Positions 22,468 to 34,788 of a stretch of 64,000 nt of DNA are shown piece after piece. The position numbers and the translations under genes were made by a program. The notes beneath the pieces are model-generated. The model saw only the letters and a list, made by a program, of their open reading frames with translations. It was not told the origin of the DNA and did not search any database. Each line of letters begins with the position of its first letter. The first letter of the stretch is position 1. Origin of the DNA: Pachysolen tannophilus NRRL Y-2460 (taxonomy: Eukaryota); assembly GCA_001661245.1 (NCBI GenBank), contig KV454012.1:650147-714146 (forward strand), read 5' to 3'.

Positions 22468-25156
22468 TCAACTTTCAGTAGCTTCTTCTTCTTCCAGAGC
22501 TTCTTCTTCCTCTTCTTGTTCTTCATGATCTTCTTGTTCTGCTACTTGTTCTGACAGTGGAACAAGTTCAGCCTCATCTACAAGATCTTCAGCTGCTTTA
22601 TCATTATCATCAATGTCAATTAAATCGCCGTTTTTTGTTGGGAAAATGTCACTATCTTGACCAGGCATACACAACCTATCAGCCAACAGTTTCTTGTCTT
22701 CAGCAATTAATCTTTCTTTCCATTCAGCAACAGTTGCATCAATTTGATCATTTGAATAACCATAGGCCAACGATAAAATAGTAGCTTCAGGTAATCTATT
22801 GTTCAATTTTAACAATTCAAGTAAACCATTTAAATCATTTGCTTGTAAATATGAAGCAAACGCTATATTATATTTACCTTGTTTTATAGAATTTTCAGCT
22901 AATTTTTTCAATCCAACAACATTGTTTGAAGATGTATACATTAACAATAAAGATTCATAATCTTTTGCCTTCTCATATCCTTCAATTGCTAACGGTATAT
23001 TCCAACTTTTTAAAGCGGTATCAGCCAAGACTTTCCATTTATGTTCAGCTTGATCTGATTTAATAATTTCATGAGCTTTCTCTAAATCACCTACTTCAAT
23101 TGCCAATTCAAATTTTTGTTCATGATCATTTGTTAAATCTAAAGCTAATTCTTTATATCCTTGATTTTCCAAAAATCTTGCAATTTTAGTTCTTTCTTCC
23201 AGAGGTATTGAAGGTAATAACTCATTTGCTTGTTCTAAATCACCTCTTAAAACTATTGTTTGATATTCTAATACTGTTAATGATAAATGATATGATGAAA
23301 CGTATATATCTTTATCCGCAACGTAAACTCTATTATCTCTTGGTAAATATCCTAACAAATACATTGTTTTATCAAAATGAGCAATATTGTATACAGTACC
23401 ACCAACAAGATAATTCAATCTATTTGCACTTGATGTATAAACAAAAACATCTCCTACCCATTTACCACTTGTAATTGAATCATTTACATCTGACAAGACA
23501 TCAAAAGCTTGTTCAACACCTTCTTCAGGATCATGAGTACCATTTTCAATTGCTTCTTGGAAAATTTCTCTTTCAAATTTTAAGGCAAATGCAGAATCAT
23601 TAGAAACAATCAAAACCAATTCACCAGATTCTGACCAAATAACATCATTTGCTTCAACATCAACTCTTCTAATCAATAAACCAGATTCCCAATCATGGAA
23701 TGAAACAAAACCTTCTGATTTGATGGCTAATAATGTACCACCAAAGATTTTATCTGCAGAATATAATAAATCTAATCCGCCATTTGTCTTTTCTTTAAAA
23801 TTTTTAAAAATTTTAACAGATGATGTAGATTCTCTAACAGCGAAAAAATTTGAATCTTGTGCCCATACAAAATCCAAGGCATTACCATAAGATTTATTCC
23901 TCCATGCCAATGCTGTATAGATAATATATTCACCATCACCTGTTACTGTAACAAATCTACCATTTGGTGAATGTTTTAAAGAAGTTGGAAAAATTTCTAC
24001 AGTTCCCAATTCTTTCTTTGGTAATGGAATAATTTCACCATCTTCTACTGATACTGTATCTGATTGTTTAATTACAGATGTATAAATATCTGATTGTTTG
24101 GACCATATGATTTTACCTGTTGGGTCCATTGATAATGCTGGTTCTTCATTACCCATTTGTAAAACAACATTACCAGCATCGAAACCAAACGCAATTAAAT
24201 TACTTCCCTTTCTTGAAGCAACACACCAAGCTCTTTCCATACCATAATTTAATGATTTTTCTAATTTATAAGTATTTGCATTCCAAATTTTAATTGTTGC
24301 ATCTTCAGAACCAGAAATAATCAATGGTAATTCTGGATGAAATATAGCAAATGAAACATTTGCCAAATGACCTTCCATAGTGGCAATACATGCTTTAGTT
24401 TGATAATCCCATACTTTAATGGTTCTATCATCAGAAGCAGTAATAAGATAAGGTTTATCAGATTGAGGATAATATTCAACATAATTAACACCTTTTGTTT
24501 CATGAGCCACCAAAGTGAAATTTGGTACAGAAGAACCAAGAGACCAAATTTTAACTGTTCTATCAATACAAGCAGAAGCAAAAGTATTTGGATCTTTTGG
24601 ATTAAAAGCCAAACACATAATATAATGTTGATGTCCTTCAAATACTTGTTCTAATTTCCAATTATTTTCAAAATTCCACATCTTAATAGTTAAATCATCA
24701 CTAGTAGTTAAAACATATGGCCTTGTTGGATGAACAACAATTGCCCTAATATAATCAGGATGTGCTTCAAATTGAGTAACTTTTTCTCCAGTATTATAAT
24801 TATAAACTCTAATTTGGAAATCATCAGCACCAACAATAATCCAATTTTTCCTAGCAATAAAACGACCTGTTCTTACAGGAACATCACATACATCAATGCT
24901 TTTAACCTTGGCGCCCGTATCATACGCCCATATTTCAAGCTTCCCCGAGTATAAAGTAGTCAAAATCCATGGTTCAGTAGGATGGAAATCTATACCTTTA
25001 ACACGATCCGAACGTGCACTAAAATGTTTCTAGTCAAAAATAAATAATATAAATTAAAATTAAAATTAAATTAATTTTAATTTTATTTTTTTTTGTTAGT
25101 TTGAAAATGAATTGACACAATTAAAAACATAAACTTACTTTAATATCTAACTTCAT
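22468..25156 (-). CDS. SEC27: Coatomer beta' subunit; exons 25156-25139 and 25029-22468
   Basis: WD40 repeats. Intron 25030-25138 (GTAAGT...AACTAAC...TAG) yields MKLDIK|KHFSARSDRVKGIDFHP. Confidence 0.96.
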
Positions 25157-25404
25157 GATATATGAAAGTAAAGATCTTTAATATTTCACCGTTCTTTCTT
25201 TAACTTTCTTTATATATATATATATATATATATTAGTTAACCGCCGTTACACTTGTTTAAAAAAAAGACAACAATCAAGTTTTTTTAATGGAATTTCGAA
25301 TTGAACAAATCGAGAATTGAGGTTTGCGGACACGACCACTTTTGTCTTTTTTTTATTTTTTGTACAATGGAAAAATTGGTCAAAGGAGCAACAGATCTAT
25401 CTAA

Positions 25405-25442
<38 letters not shown>

Positions 25443-25517
25443 TAATTAAAGATAATAATATATTGTATATCAGTAATTTTATTTGAATATTATAGTTGAA
25501 TTAAGTTATCTAGCATT

Positions 25518-26224
25518 ATGTGGTTATTTACTTGGTGTATGTGAATAAAATTAAATTGATCAATATATATATATATATATATATTGTTATTGTTTTGTAT
25601 GGCATGATTGCCTCTTTATATTGTTAAATTACTAACTAAATAAATTAACTAATACATTGTTGTGAATTAGTCCAAGATATTTTATCATCGCTTGGTTTAT
25701 GGAATAAGCATGCCAAATTGTTGTTTTTGGGTTTGGATAATGCGGGAAAGACAACGTTATTACACATGTTAAAGAACGACAGGTTGGCAACTTTACAACC
25801 AACATTACATCCTACTTCAGAAGAATTGGCTATTGGATCTGTTAGATTCACTACATTTGATTTGGGTGGTCATCAACAGGCAAGAAGACTTTGGAAGGAT
25901 TATTTTCCTGAAGTCAATGGTATTGTCTTTTTAGTTGATGCAGCTGATTCGGAAAGATTTGAAGAATCAAAAGCAGAATTGGATGCATTATTCCAAATTG
26001 ATGAATTGAAAAAAGTTCCATTTTTAATCTTGGGTAATAAGATTGATTCAGTTAGGGCTGTTAGTGAAAATGAATTGAGACAAGCCTTGGGTTTATATTA
26101 TACTACTGGTAAAGATAGAAGTTCAGTAGATGAAAATCAAAGACCTGTTGAACTTTTCATGTGTTCAGTTGTTATGAGACAAGGTTATGGTGAAGGTTTC
26201 AGATGGTTATCTCAATTTATTTAA
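25518..26224 (+). CDS. SAR1: Sar1 GTPase (COPII); exons 25518-25536 and 25671-26224
   Basis: [14 protein letters not shown] and NKID motifs. Intron 25537-25670 (GTATGT...TACTAAC...TAG) yields [22 protein letters not shown]. Confidence 0.96.
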
Positions 26225-26563
26225 ATAAAGAAAAAAAAAAAAAAAAAAAGAATTTCTAAAATACAAAAATTAAGAAAACTGAAGTCAATTGCAATTGAAA
26301 AATCATTTTCTATTATGAATAAAAAAAGGTGAGTTCAAAAAATATTTTTCACTTTTGTATTTTTAGATAGTCAGCCTAATATTTTTTGAATTCACCTTTT
26401 ATATTTGTTTTTTTTCCTTTGAAAAGAGATTTTTATTTTAATTTTTTTTTTTCTTTCTTCCTTTCTTTTGCGAATACATTTTATCAACTAGTATAATTAA
26501 TTATAATTATATCATCTATAAAACATAACATAACGTAACATAACAAAAAAAAAATAAAACATT

Positions 26564-29500
26564 TTAAGATCTTCTCTTTTTGGAATCACCATCTCTATCA
26601 CCACTTCCACCAAATCTTTTCTTTTGTCCCTGTTTAGCAAAATAATCCTTTTTACGTTCTTTTTCTTTTTGTGCTCTAAGCTCATCTTCTTTGGCAAATT
26701 TTTTCAATTTTTCTTTAAATTTCTCTCTTTTTTGTTTATTTCTCTTTTCATCTTTATGATTCTTAATTGTTGATATTGTCTGAATTAAAGATCTAGCCTT
26801 CTTCTCATCACCATTCAATACTACTGCTCTTTTTTGCATATAAGTGGTCTTCTTTTGAGGCTTCATTTGATGAATTTGAGATTTAAATGGTAAATCAGCT
26901 TGAATAGATTTTGGAACTCTTAATGGATTAAACCTTCTTTCTACTCTTTCAATCTTAGAATATTGACTGTTTGCATCCATTTGTGTCTCTATACCGTTTT
27001 CATGTCTTATTTGACCAGTTAATCTCATACCTTTCCAATCAGTTTTATCCTCTAATAATAAAGAAGTAACAGGATTATAAAATTTCTTAACTTGAACAGG
27101 GTACCATGTACGTAAAATAATAATATCACTTAACAATATCTTATCTTCAAATGTAGCCCTGAAATGACCTTCTGGTTTTGATAATGCTCTCTTAATTTCA
27201 CCACGAATACCACTAACAGTCTTAATTGATGCACCTTCAAATTTGGCAACTTCTAATGCAGTAGAAAACATATCCTTGATGAATGCTGTATTACGGAATA
27301 TCTTATATGGATAACCAACTAATTTTAATTTTTTAACAATTTCAGTTGATGAATTCAAATCCTCAACTACACCAGTTGCTGCAATTCTAAAACTCCCAGT
27401 AGTCTGAGTATTAGCAACAACTTGAACACCACAGAAAGTCGTATTAGGCGCAACAAGTGGACCATAAAATGTACCATTACAATAAGCATGTTCCGGGGTA
27501 TATTTCAACATCCTGGTTCTTGTTCTCGAATCAGTGGTAGTATATATAGGTAAAGTTTGGAATCTTCTCCAACCTAATGATAAAATTAATGGATCATTGG
27601 ATTTGAGAATCTTCTTGTGCCATCTATGTTTTCTTATACGGACATTTAAAAAACCGAACCGTTCTTCAGTTGATAATAATCCACCAACAATAATTGGATA
27701 AACTGGGTTTAAATTCTCAATAAACTCTTTTGGTAAATTGTTGAAAGTTAATTTGACATAAGACCCACTCTTGAAGCCTTCAATTTTATTTCTTGTAAGT
27801 TCATCCATTTCTTCCAATTCTTTCTTATTGATTTCCAATTGCTTTGACATTTTGGCTTTTTGCAAATCATACCACGTGTCATGCTCTTCTCCATTGAAAT
27901 CATCACCTTCTCCAAAACCTTCCTCGGCTTCAAATTGTAACAGTAATTGTTCCTTTTTCTTGGCATTCAAAGCTCTTTTCTCCTCAATCGGTAAAGAAGG
28001 ATCAATTTCATCTTCCTCAGAACTATTATCTCCTTCTTCTTCTTCAGCATCGAAATCTGGAAAATCCTCCTCATCTTCATTCTCCTGATTTTGTTCTTCT
28101 TCATCGGCAGCACCACCTTCACCATTTTCTAAATCTTCAAAATCACCATAGACATCATCATCATCATCTTCTTCTCCATCATTATCTTTATCCTCAGCAT
28201 CTCCATCATCGTCGCCACCTTTCTTAATCTTTGGAGCAACAAAGAATCTTGATTTAATTTCATTAAAGGCGTCCTGCCTGTTTTCACCTTCCCATTTTGA
28301 TTTCAACTCGTCTAGTTTGTACATAGGCTGAAAATGGTCTAAATCTTCATCAGTTTTATCACTTGGCTCCTTTTTTTGGAAAAAATCCTCCAGTTCTTCT
28401 TCTGCTTCTTCTGATAGCAGTTCATCGTTTGATAATTCATCTTCTTCTTGTCTCCATCTCTTGATGACATCATTTGGGTCTATATTATTCAAATAAAGTA
28501 ATTCGTTTAAATCCCATTTTCTTTTAACGTTATGAGAATTTTGTAATTTTGAACCCATCAGCTTCCAATCATTTTCCTCATTTAAATCATCCAATTCTGA
28601 ATCTGAATAAAATTCATAATTTTCATTTTCTTCAAGGTGTGAGTTATCAAAGTTGATGTCAACAAGTTTTCTTTCCAGTTCATTTTCATCATCATCGTCA
28701 ATGTTATAATTCACTTGTGCATCATCGTCATCTTCTTCTTCTTCATTGTCTGAGAAATTTTCATTTTCATCAGCCTCAGTTATTGGTTTTCCGTAAACTC
28801 TTGGTTTTCTTAAAGTCTTTCTACCAGAATCAAAATTGTGAGAATTTTCTTCTTCCTCTTCTTCTTCTTCTTCTTCCAATTCTCCTAGTAATCCTTGTTC
28901 ATCTTGTTCAATTTCCTGTCCATTGTCATTTAGTTCTTTTGAATTACTAAATAATTTTAATCCAGATTGGTAATTTCTATTCAGTAAGTTTGAAGCATTT
29001 TGTAAATCAACAACTAATTTTTCTCCAATTCCTTTTAATTCACCATTTTCATTATTAAAACTTTCTTCTTTCCCCACATCAATGTAGACTGCATCTTTAT
29101 CGATCAATACACCATGAACATCTGACATTGGTGCATAAATGATTTTTTGTTTATCCTCTAATCTTTTTCTTGCTCTTCTTATTTTAGGAATAGTTTCACC
29201 ATTTTGTTCAGAAATTTTTGCTTGTTCTCTTTCCAATTCTTCTAATTTTTGTTCAAAATAAGGTGTTGGACAAGGATCTGGTAATTTTTCAACTGAAGAA
29301 ACTGTATAATCACCAACACCTGCTAAATGAACTCTTGCATTTTGAAAAGGTAATGAAGTACCTCTTAAATAACCATATATGGCAATTTTTCTATCACAAA
29401 TTGGATTTTTTTCTATTAATGCTGGATGTGTTAAGTCTGTAACTCTATCACATAATAAATATGGATGTTCATTTCTCCATTGTAAAGGTCTAAATTTCAT

Positions 29501-30193
29501 TACACTTAAAAATCTTGTTAAATTTAAAATTTCTCTATCTGGATATCTACCATTCATTACACCAGAAAGGTAAAATAATTTAGCACCTTGATAAACTTCA
29601 GTCCAAAATCTATGTTTCAATTTTTTTTTAGATGTTCTTAAAGTAGCTTGTGATTTAAATAAATCTAAATGTGTTGCAACACCTAATACTCTTGGCATAC
29701 CATGATGTTGAGCAATATTTAAAAATTCCATTGTTTCCATTTCTAAACCAAAATTCCCATCAATCATCAATAAAACCAAATCAGCAATCTTGGCAATATC
29801 AATCATCGAATTCAAATCATTTGTAACTTCAATAAATGTTAATCTTCTTCTTTTCCCACTAACTACTGTTATTGGACCTTTTACTTCAGTTAAACTTGTC
29901 TTTGTTAATCTTCTAACTAAAGATTTAATTAACGTAGTCTTACCAGTCCCTGGAGGCCCCACAACAGCAACAATCACCGGCGGTGGATCATCATCAGGAG
30001 TACGATTCACCATTGGAACATGTAATCTTGATTCTGTCTTTTCACTTGATCTCTTGGCCATCCTCTCTAATTTCTTTGGAGCGCTAACGGCAAAAGCCTT
30101 TGCATTATACCCCTGAGAATGCAATTTTTTCTTAGCAGTCTGTTTATTAGAGTCGGCGCTTCTATGCGCCTTGTTAGACTGTTTGGACTCCAT
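26564..30193 (-). CDS. BMS1: 40S biogenesis GTPase Bms1
   Basis: GPPGTGKTT motif, AARP2CN region, acidic middle and conserved C-terminal domain. Confidence 0.97.
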   Translation of the reverse strand: MESKQSNKAHRSADSNKQTAKKKLHSQGYNAKAFAVSAPKKLERMAKRSSEKTESRLHVPMVNRTPDDDPPPVIVAVVGPPGTGKTTLIKSLVRRLTKTSLTEVKGPITVVSGKRRRLTFIEVTNDLNSMIDIAKIADLVLLMIDGNFGLEMETMEFLNIAQHHGMPRVLGVATHLDLFKSQATLRTSKKKLKHRFWTEVYQGAKLFYLSGVMNGRYPDREILNLTRFLSVMKFRPLQWRNEHPYLLCDRVTDLTHPALIEKNPICDRKIAIYGYLRGTSLPFQNARVHLAGVGDYTVSSVEKLPDPCPTPYFEQKLEELEREQAKISEQNGETIPKIRRARKRLEDKQKIIYAPMSDVHGVLIDKDAVYIDVGKEESFNNENGELKGIGEKLVVDLQNASNLLNRNYQSGLKLFSNSKELNDNGQEIEQDEQGLLGELEEEEEEEEEENSHNFDSGRKTLRKPRVYGKPITEADENENFSDNEEEEDDDDAQVNYNIDDDDENELERKLVDINFDNSHLEENENYEFYSDSELDDLNEENDWKLMGSKLQNSHNVKRKWDLNELLYLNNIDPNDVIKRWRQEEDELSNDELLSEEAEEELEDFFQKKEPSDKTDEDLDHFQPMYKLDELKSKWEGENRQDAFNEIKSRFFVAPKIKKGGDDDGDAEDKDNDGEEDDDDDVYGDFEDLENGEGGAADEEEQNQENEDEEDFPDFDAEEEEGDNSSEEDEIDPSLPIEEKRALNAKKKEQLLLQFEAEEGFGEGDDFNGEEHDTWYDLQKAKMSKQLEINKKELEEMDELTRNKIEGFKSGSYVKLTFNNLPKEFIENLNPVYPIIVGGLLSTEERFGFLNVRIRKHRWHKKILKSNDPLILSLGWRRFQTLPIYTTTDSRTRTRMLKYTPEHAYCNGTFYGPLVAPNTTFCGVQVVANTQTTGSFRIAATGVVEDLNSSTEIVKKLKLVGYPYKIFRNTAFIKDMFSTALEVAKFEGASIKTVSGIRGEIKRALSKPEGHFRATFEDKILLSDIIILRTWYPVQVKKFYNPVTSLLLEDKTDWKGMRLTGQIRHENGIETQMDANSQYSKIERVERRFNPLRVPKSIQADLPFKSQIHQMKPQKKTTYMQKRAVVLNGDEKKARSLIQTISTIKNHKDEKRNKQKREKFKEKLKKFAKEDELRAQKEKERKKDYFAKQGQKKRFGGSGDRDGDSKKRRS

Positions 30194-30652
30194 TCTCTAA
30201 TAATCAAGTGAAAACCTCTAATTCTACCTTAACAGACTCTTTATATAAGTTATCACTAATTAAATAAATAAATAAATAAATATATACCTCTTGTTTTGTT
30301 TTCCTCCTATACAAAGAAAATTTTTAAAAAATAAAAAAAAAAATTTTTTTTTTCTTTTTAATTAGTTAAAGTACGCAGAGAAGACTTTAAAAAAACGTAA
30401 GTGCGTACCACTTAAGGAGCGCAGAATATACCCTTAAGTGCGGTACACATTTAAAAAATTTGAAATTCCAAATGTGTAACGCTGTTGCGTATCCTCAATT
30501 TTCTACAAGCGCGTACCGTTTTTTAGCGAAATTTTTCAAAAAAAAAAAAAAAAAATTTTTTTTTTTAAGGTTTCACAGTAGTAAATAATAATTTTAGAGA
30601 TTTCATATACCAAAATGGGTATTAATTTATTTATTTTATATTTTATAGCTGC

Positions 30653-30684
30653 TGTTAAAGTGTTAAAGTGTTAAAGTGTTAAAA
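30653..30684. repeat. Tandem repeat (TGTTAAAG) x4
   Basis: Read directly from the sequence; the last copy is imperfect. Confidence 0.8.
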
Positions 30685-30866
30685 GTTTTTGAGATCATTT
30701 TCATAAATTTTACCGTTGTTGTTGTAATTTAAAGGTGAAATTTTTTAATTTTTTAATTTTTAATTAATTGATATTATCAATTTCTTTCTTTTTTTTTTTT
30801 GAATTGGGAGGGGGGTTTTCTTTTTTTTTTGATTTGGGTTTCTTTTCCCCCAGGAAAATTTGCATT

Positions 30867-32834
30867 ATGGTTAAGCATTCTAGTATGGGTCATATACCGT
30901 TTTTTTATTATAGGAATAAGAAAATAAAGAGACTTTTAACTCTTGTAGTGATAGGGCTTGTATTGGTATTTTCTATAATTGGGCTTCAAAAAAAAAGTAA
31001 TGAGCCTTCAAGGAAATCGTTAAGATATGTTGATACTATAAATCAAAAACAAAAAGATCGATTGGCTAATATAGCTGATGGTGATACTATTCCACAAAAA
31101 TCTGAAGATACTTATAAACCAAAATTACTTTCTGAAATGAAGTTGGATGATTATAAGAAAGAATTGAAGGAATTTCAAACAAAACATTCATATTTAAATT
31201 ATGTTGAAGCTACTGTAGAAAGATATTTAAAAGAAAATCCAATAGCAACAGATCAATTTTATAAAAGTAATAGTGATTTTTATTCAAGAATTTTTAAATT
31301 AATTTTAAATAATAAACCAAATTTAAAACCATTGGATAAATCTAGATATTCGAAACTTAAAGTTGGAGATCATTCAATGGAAGATTATTATTATAAAGAT
31401 GGATCACCTCAATTAAGTACTCTGGAATTATCATTTCCAAATGGATTAGAATTAGAATCTAATGAAGTTCAAGAATTAAAATCAAAACATTCATCATTTG
31501 TTAGAGAATTATCTCAATTATCAACATCTAATTTGAATTATAAAGGAACAGGAATTGTTTATGTTGGAGGAGCAAAATTCACTTTTTTAGTATTATTATC
31601 AATTGTTTCATTAAGAGATGCAGGTTCAACATTACCTGTTGAAGTTTTAATTCCAAATGATTTGGAACTGGAACCTGAATTTTGTGCAATTCATTTCCCA
31701 CGTTTAAATGCTAAATGTATTTATTTATCAACTATTTTAAATAAAAATTCAAAAATTGGTGGATATCAATATAAATCAATTGCTTTATTAGTTTCAAGTT
31801 TTGAAAATGTTTTATTAATGGATAGTGATAATTATTTTATAAATAATCCTGAACATATTTTTAATACTAATCCTTTTATATCAAGTGGTTTGGTTGTTTG
31901 GCCAGATTATTGGAGAAGAGTTACTTCTCCTTATTATTATCAAATTGCAAATTTAGATATTGGTAATGAAAGAATAAGATATGGTATTGATAAATATACA
32001 TATAGAAAGACAAGTAATTCTTTTTTCAGGAAATTTTTCAATAAAAATTCATCTAATGGGAAAGATCTTTCTAAAATTCCATTACATGATAGAAGAAATA
32101 CAATTCCAGATCCTTCAAGTGAAACAGGTCAACTTTTAATTAATAAAAAGACACATTTAAAAACAATTATATTAAGTTTATATTATAATGTTTATGGTCC
32201 GGATTTTTATTATCCAATTTTTTCTCAAGGAACACAAGGACAAGGTGATAAAGAAACTTTTATTGCTGCTGCTAATGCTTTAAAAGAAAATTATTATCAA
32301 GTAAATAAAAAAGTGGAAGCTTGTGGTTACTGGGAAAAGGAAGAATTTAAAGGAACTGGAATGTATCAATTTGATCCTGTAATAGATTATAAAAATTTAC
32401 AATTATATTTAAGATATAATGATCGTCCTTCAGATAATTATGAAGATTATAAACCGAAAAAATTTCCAAATTTTTTCACTCAAGAAAATTCAAAAATATT
32501 ATTTTTACATAATAATTTTCCAAAGATGGATCCTTACAGATTAATCTTGGATGAAGCACTTATAGAAACTACTAATGTTAATGGGAATGAAATTTTAACC
32601 AAAATGTTAAGATTATTTGGCCCTGTGGATTTAAAAAGATTAGATAAAGATTTTGAAAAAATCTTATGGAAATATATCAACTTGTACGTTTGTGACTTAC
32701 GAGTATATTTAAGATCATGGGATTTAGATATTTATAATGACACCCCTGGAATGGATAGGGATAATGTATGTGCTTATATTAAACGTCACTTGAAATTTTT
32801 AGAAATAAGTGATAGGTCAATAAGTTTATGGTGA
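30867..32834 (+). CDS. Alpha-1,2-mannosyltransferase, MNN2/MNN5 family (GT71)
   Basis: Type II TM anchor; GIVYVGG, SSFENVLLMDSDN, WPDYW and GDKETF motifs. ATG at 30867. Confidence 0.9.
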   Translation: MVKHSSMGHIPFFYYRNKKIKRLLTLVVIGLVLVFSIIGLQKKSNEPSRKSLRYVDTINQKQKDRLANIADGDTIPQKSEDTYKPKLLSEMKLDDYKKELKEFQTKHSYLNYVEATVERYLKENPIATDQFYKSNSDFYSRIFKLILNNKPNLKPLDKSRYSKLKVGDHSMEDYYYKDGSPQLSTLELSFPNGLELESNEVQELKSKHSSFVRELSQLSTSNLNYKGTGIVYVGGAKFTFLVLLSIVSLRDAGSTLPVEVLIPNDLELEPEFCAIHFPRLNAKCIYLSTILNKNSKIGGYQYKSIALLVSSFENVLLMDSDNYFINNPEHIFNTNPFISSGLVVWPDYWRRVTSPYYYQIANLDIGNERIRYGIDKYTYRKTSNSFFRKFFNKNSSNGKDLSKIPLHDRRNTIPDPSSETGQLLINKKTHLKTIILSLYYNVYGPDFYYPIFSQGTQGQGDKETFIAAANALKENYYQVNKKVEACGYWEKEEFKGTGMYQFDPVIDYKNLQLYLRYNDRPSDNYEDYKPKKFPNFFTQENSKILFLHNNFPKMDPYRLILDEALIETTNVNGNEILTKMLRLFGPVDLKRLDKDFEKILWKYINLYVCDLRVYLRSWDLDIYNDTPGMDRDNVCAYIKRHLKFLEISDRSISLW

Positions 32835-33288
32835 ATTATGTTTTTTTTTCTTTATTTTAATTTCAGTTTTTTTTTTTTTTTTGTTTTTCTACATTTTTTT
32901 CTTTAAATGTTATGATCCCTTTGATTCTCTGTTTCAATTCTTATATAGCTCTCATCATTTTGCATCTATTTGTCATTCATTATGGGAGTTATCACCTTCT
33001 ATAACGTATGTATTTTGGTTTCCAACTAGTTTTTTTAAATGAACATTTTTAACTTAATTAATTCATAGTGAAAAATTTCAAAGGAAATAATATGAAAAAC
33101 GAAAAATGTAAAAAAAAAAATAAAAAAAAAAAGCAAAAAAAAGAATTTGAATAGTAAAAATGGAAGCAAACAATATCAAAACTAGTTAGAGAAGATTAGA
33201 TTTTAATGATAGTTTCTTTATATCATTTATAAATTGTTTTACCGAAGAAGGTTTTATAGAGTTAATTTTTTTTCCCCAGTGTGAAAAG

Positions 33289-34269
33289 ATGGAGTCTCGG
33301 AAGATTAAAGATATTAATGTTAAAGAACTTTTTGAAAAAATTGAAAAAAATAATTATAAACTCGACGAGATTAGTCCCATTGAAGCGTTGAGTTTATTCA
33401 ATTTACAAATAGCAAACCTATTGAAACTAGAAGAGTTGATGGAAATAGATGATAGAAGTATAAATTTTTTTAGATTATTGTTTAAAGATAATGGTTCAAC
33501 AGGAGTTTTTAAAGATGATGATGATGATAATTCTTTAAATTCTTGTGATTTAACAATTAACAATTTACAAAATATTGCGCATCAAGACGATTTGCAATTG
33601 CCCCTTAGAAGAAATTCCAAATTACAGACGAATTTTGAAGAATTGGATATAAATGACAGTTTAGAAGGTGGCAGTGAGAGTCATCGGGATCTGCAATTGC
33701 TGCCTGATGTACCTAGTATGTCTAGTTTACATAGTGTACCTAGTGTGGTGCTATGCGATCAAGAGATGGAGCTACAATTAGAACGCAAACACCGTTTACG
33801 TTCAGGATTGATTAAAAAATTTTATTTGAAAGAAATACCGTCTTTATCAATTGTTGCCTATTTGGAAAGAATATTCAAATATGGAGAATTATCTACTGGG
33901 GTCATATTAACTGCATCAATTTTTCTATTTAGCGTCATATTTAACATAAATTATAAATTAGATTATCATAGAGAATCTACAATAAATATCAACTCACCAG
34001 CAAAGATAAGACCCCTCCCTGTCAATAAGTTCAACATTTTCCGCATTGTGTTGACTGTAATAAGAGTAGCTTTGAAATTAATAGAAGATAAAAATTTCAA
34101 ACAATCATACTATTGTAAAATTACTGGTTTAGAAAGTAACTCTGATTTGTTCAAATTAGAATTAAATCTTTTATTTTTAACGGATTTCAACTTATTCATT
34201 AACGAATTGGTAATAGTTGAAGGCCTCAAAATGATTAGAATCTTGGACAACAATATCCAAAAATTATGA
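33289..34269 (+). CDS. Pho85 cyclin, Pcl8/Pcl10-like
   Basis: Cyclin-box motifs PSLSIVAYLERI, K.IED.NF and LFKLELNLLF. Syntenic with RPL1/SAR1/FLC, like PCL8/PCL10. Confidence 0.75.
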   Translation: MESRKIKDINVKELFEKIEKNNYKLDEISPIEALSLFNLQIANLLKLEELMEIDDRSINFFRLLFKDNGSTGVFKDDDDDNSLNSCDLTINNLQNIAHQDDLQLPLRRNSKLQTNFEELDINDSLEGGSESHRDLQLLPDVPSMSSLHSVPSVVLCDQEMELQLERKHRLRSGLIKKFYLKEIPSLSIVAYLERIFKYGELSTGVILTASIFLFSVIFNINYKLDYHRESTININSPAKIRPLPVNKFNIFRIVLTVIRVALKLIEDKNFKQSYYCKITGLESNSDLFKLELNLLFLTDFNLFINELVIVEGLKMIRILDNNIQKL

Positions 34270-34788
34270 AAAAAAATGCTTTATCGTTACTATGGATGTA
34301 ATATGTATATATATGCATAAAAAAAAGTGCTTTTGTGGTTTTTTTTTTCAATTTCTGTTGTTGTTAACATTCAAGAAACCAAAACCAAAAGTATCACAAC
34401 TGTTCACTATTCAAATGATTTTGCGTCTCCCAGAAAGTCATCGCAACAGAGACTATTTAACAAGTATCTTTTTTTTTTTTTTTTTCTTTTGTTTTAAAAC
34501 CATTTTACATGCAGTGAATTTTTGTTATAATTTGCTAAGTCATTTAGAAAAATTTATTCCAAAACTACAGTATTTTATCAGAAATCGATGAAACTATTTC
34601 AAGTCTTTTTGATTTATATATTTTTCTTGATTTTCATCCACTGAAAGTAAGGCAGTAAGTCAAAGACTGTAATTTTTCTCTTTTTTTTACTGTCTTGATA
34701 ACTTGTCTGTGTTACAAAGAAGAAAGAAAAAGAAAAAAAAAAAAAAAACTAAAAAACCAAAAAACCAAAAAAAAAAAAAAAGAAAGTG

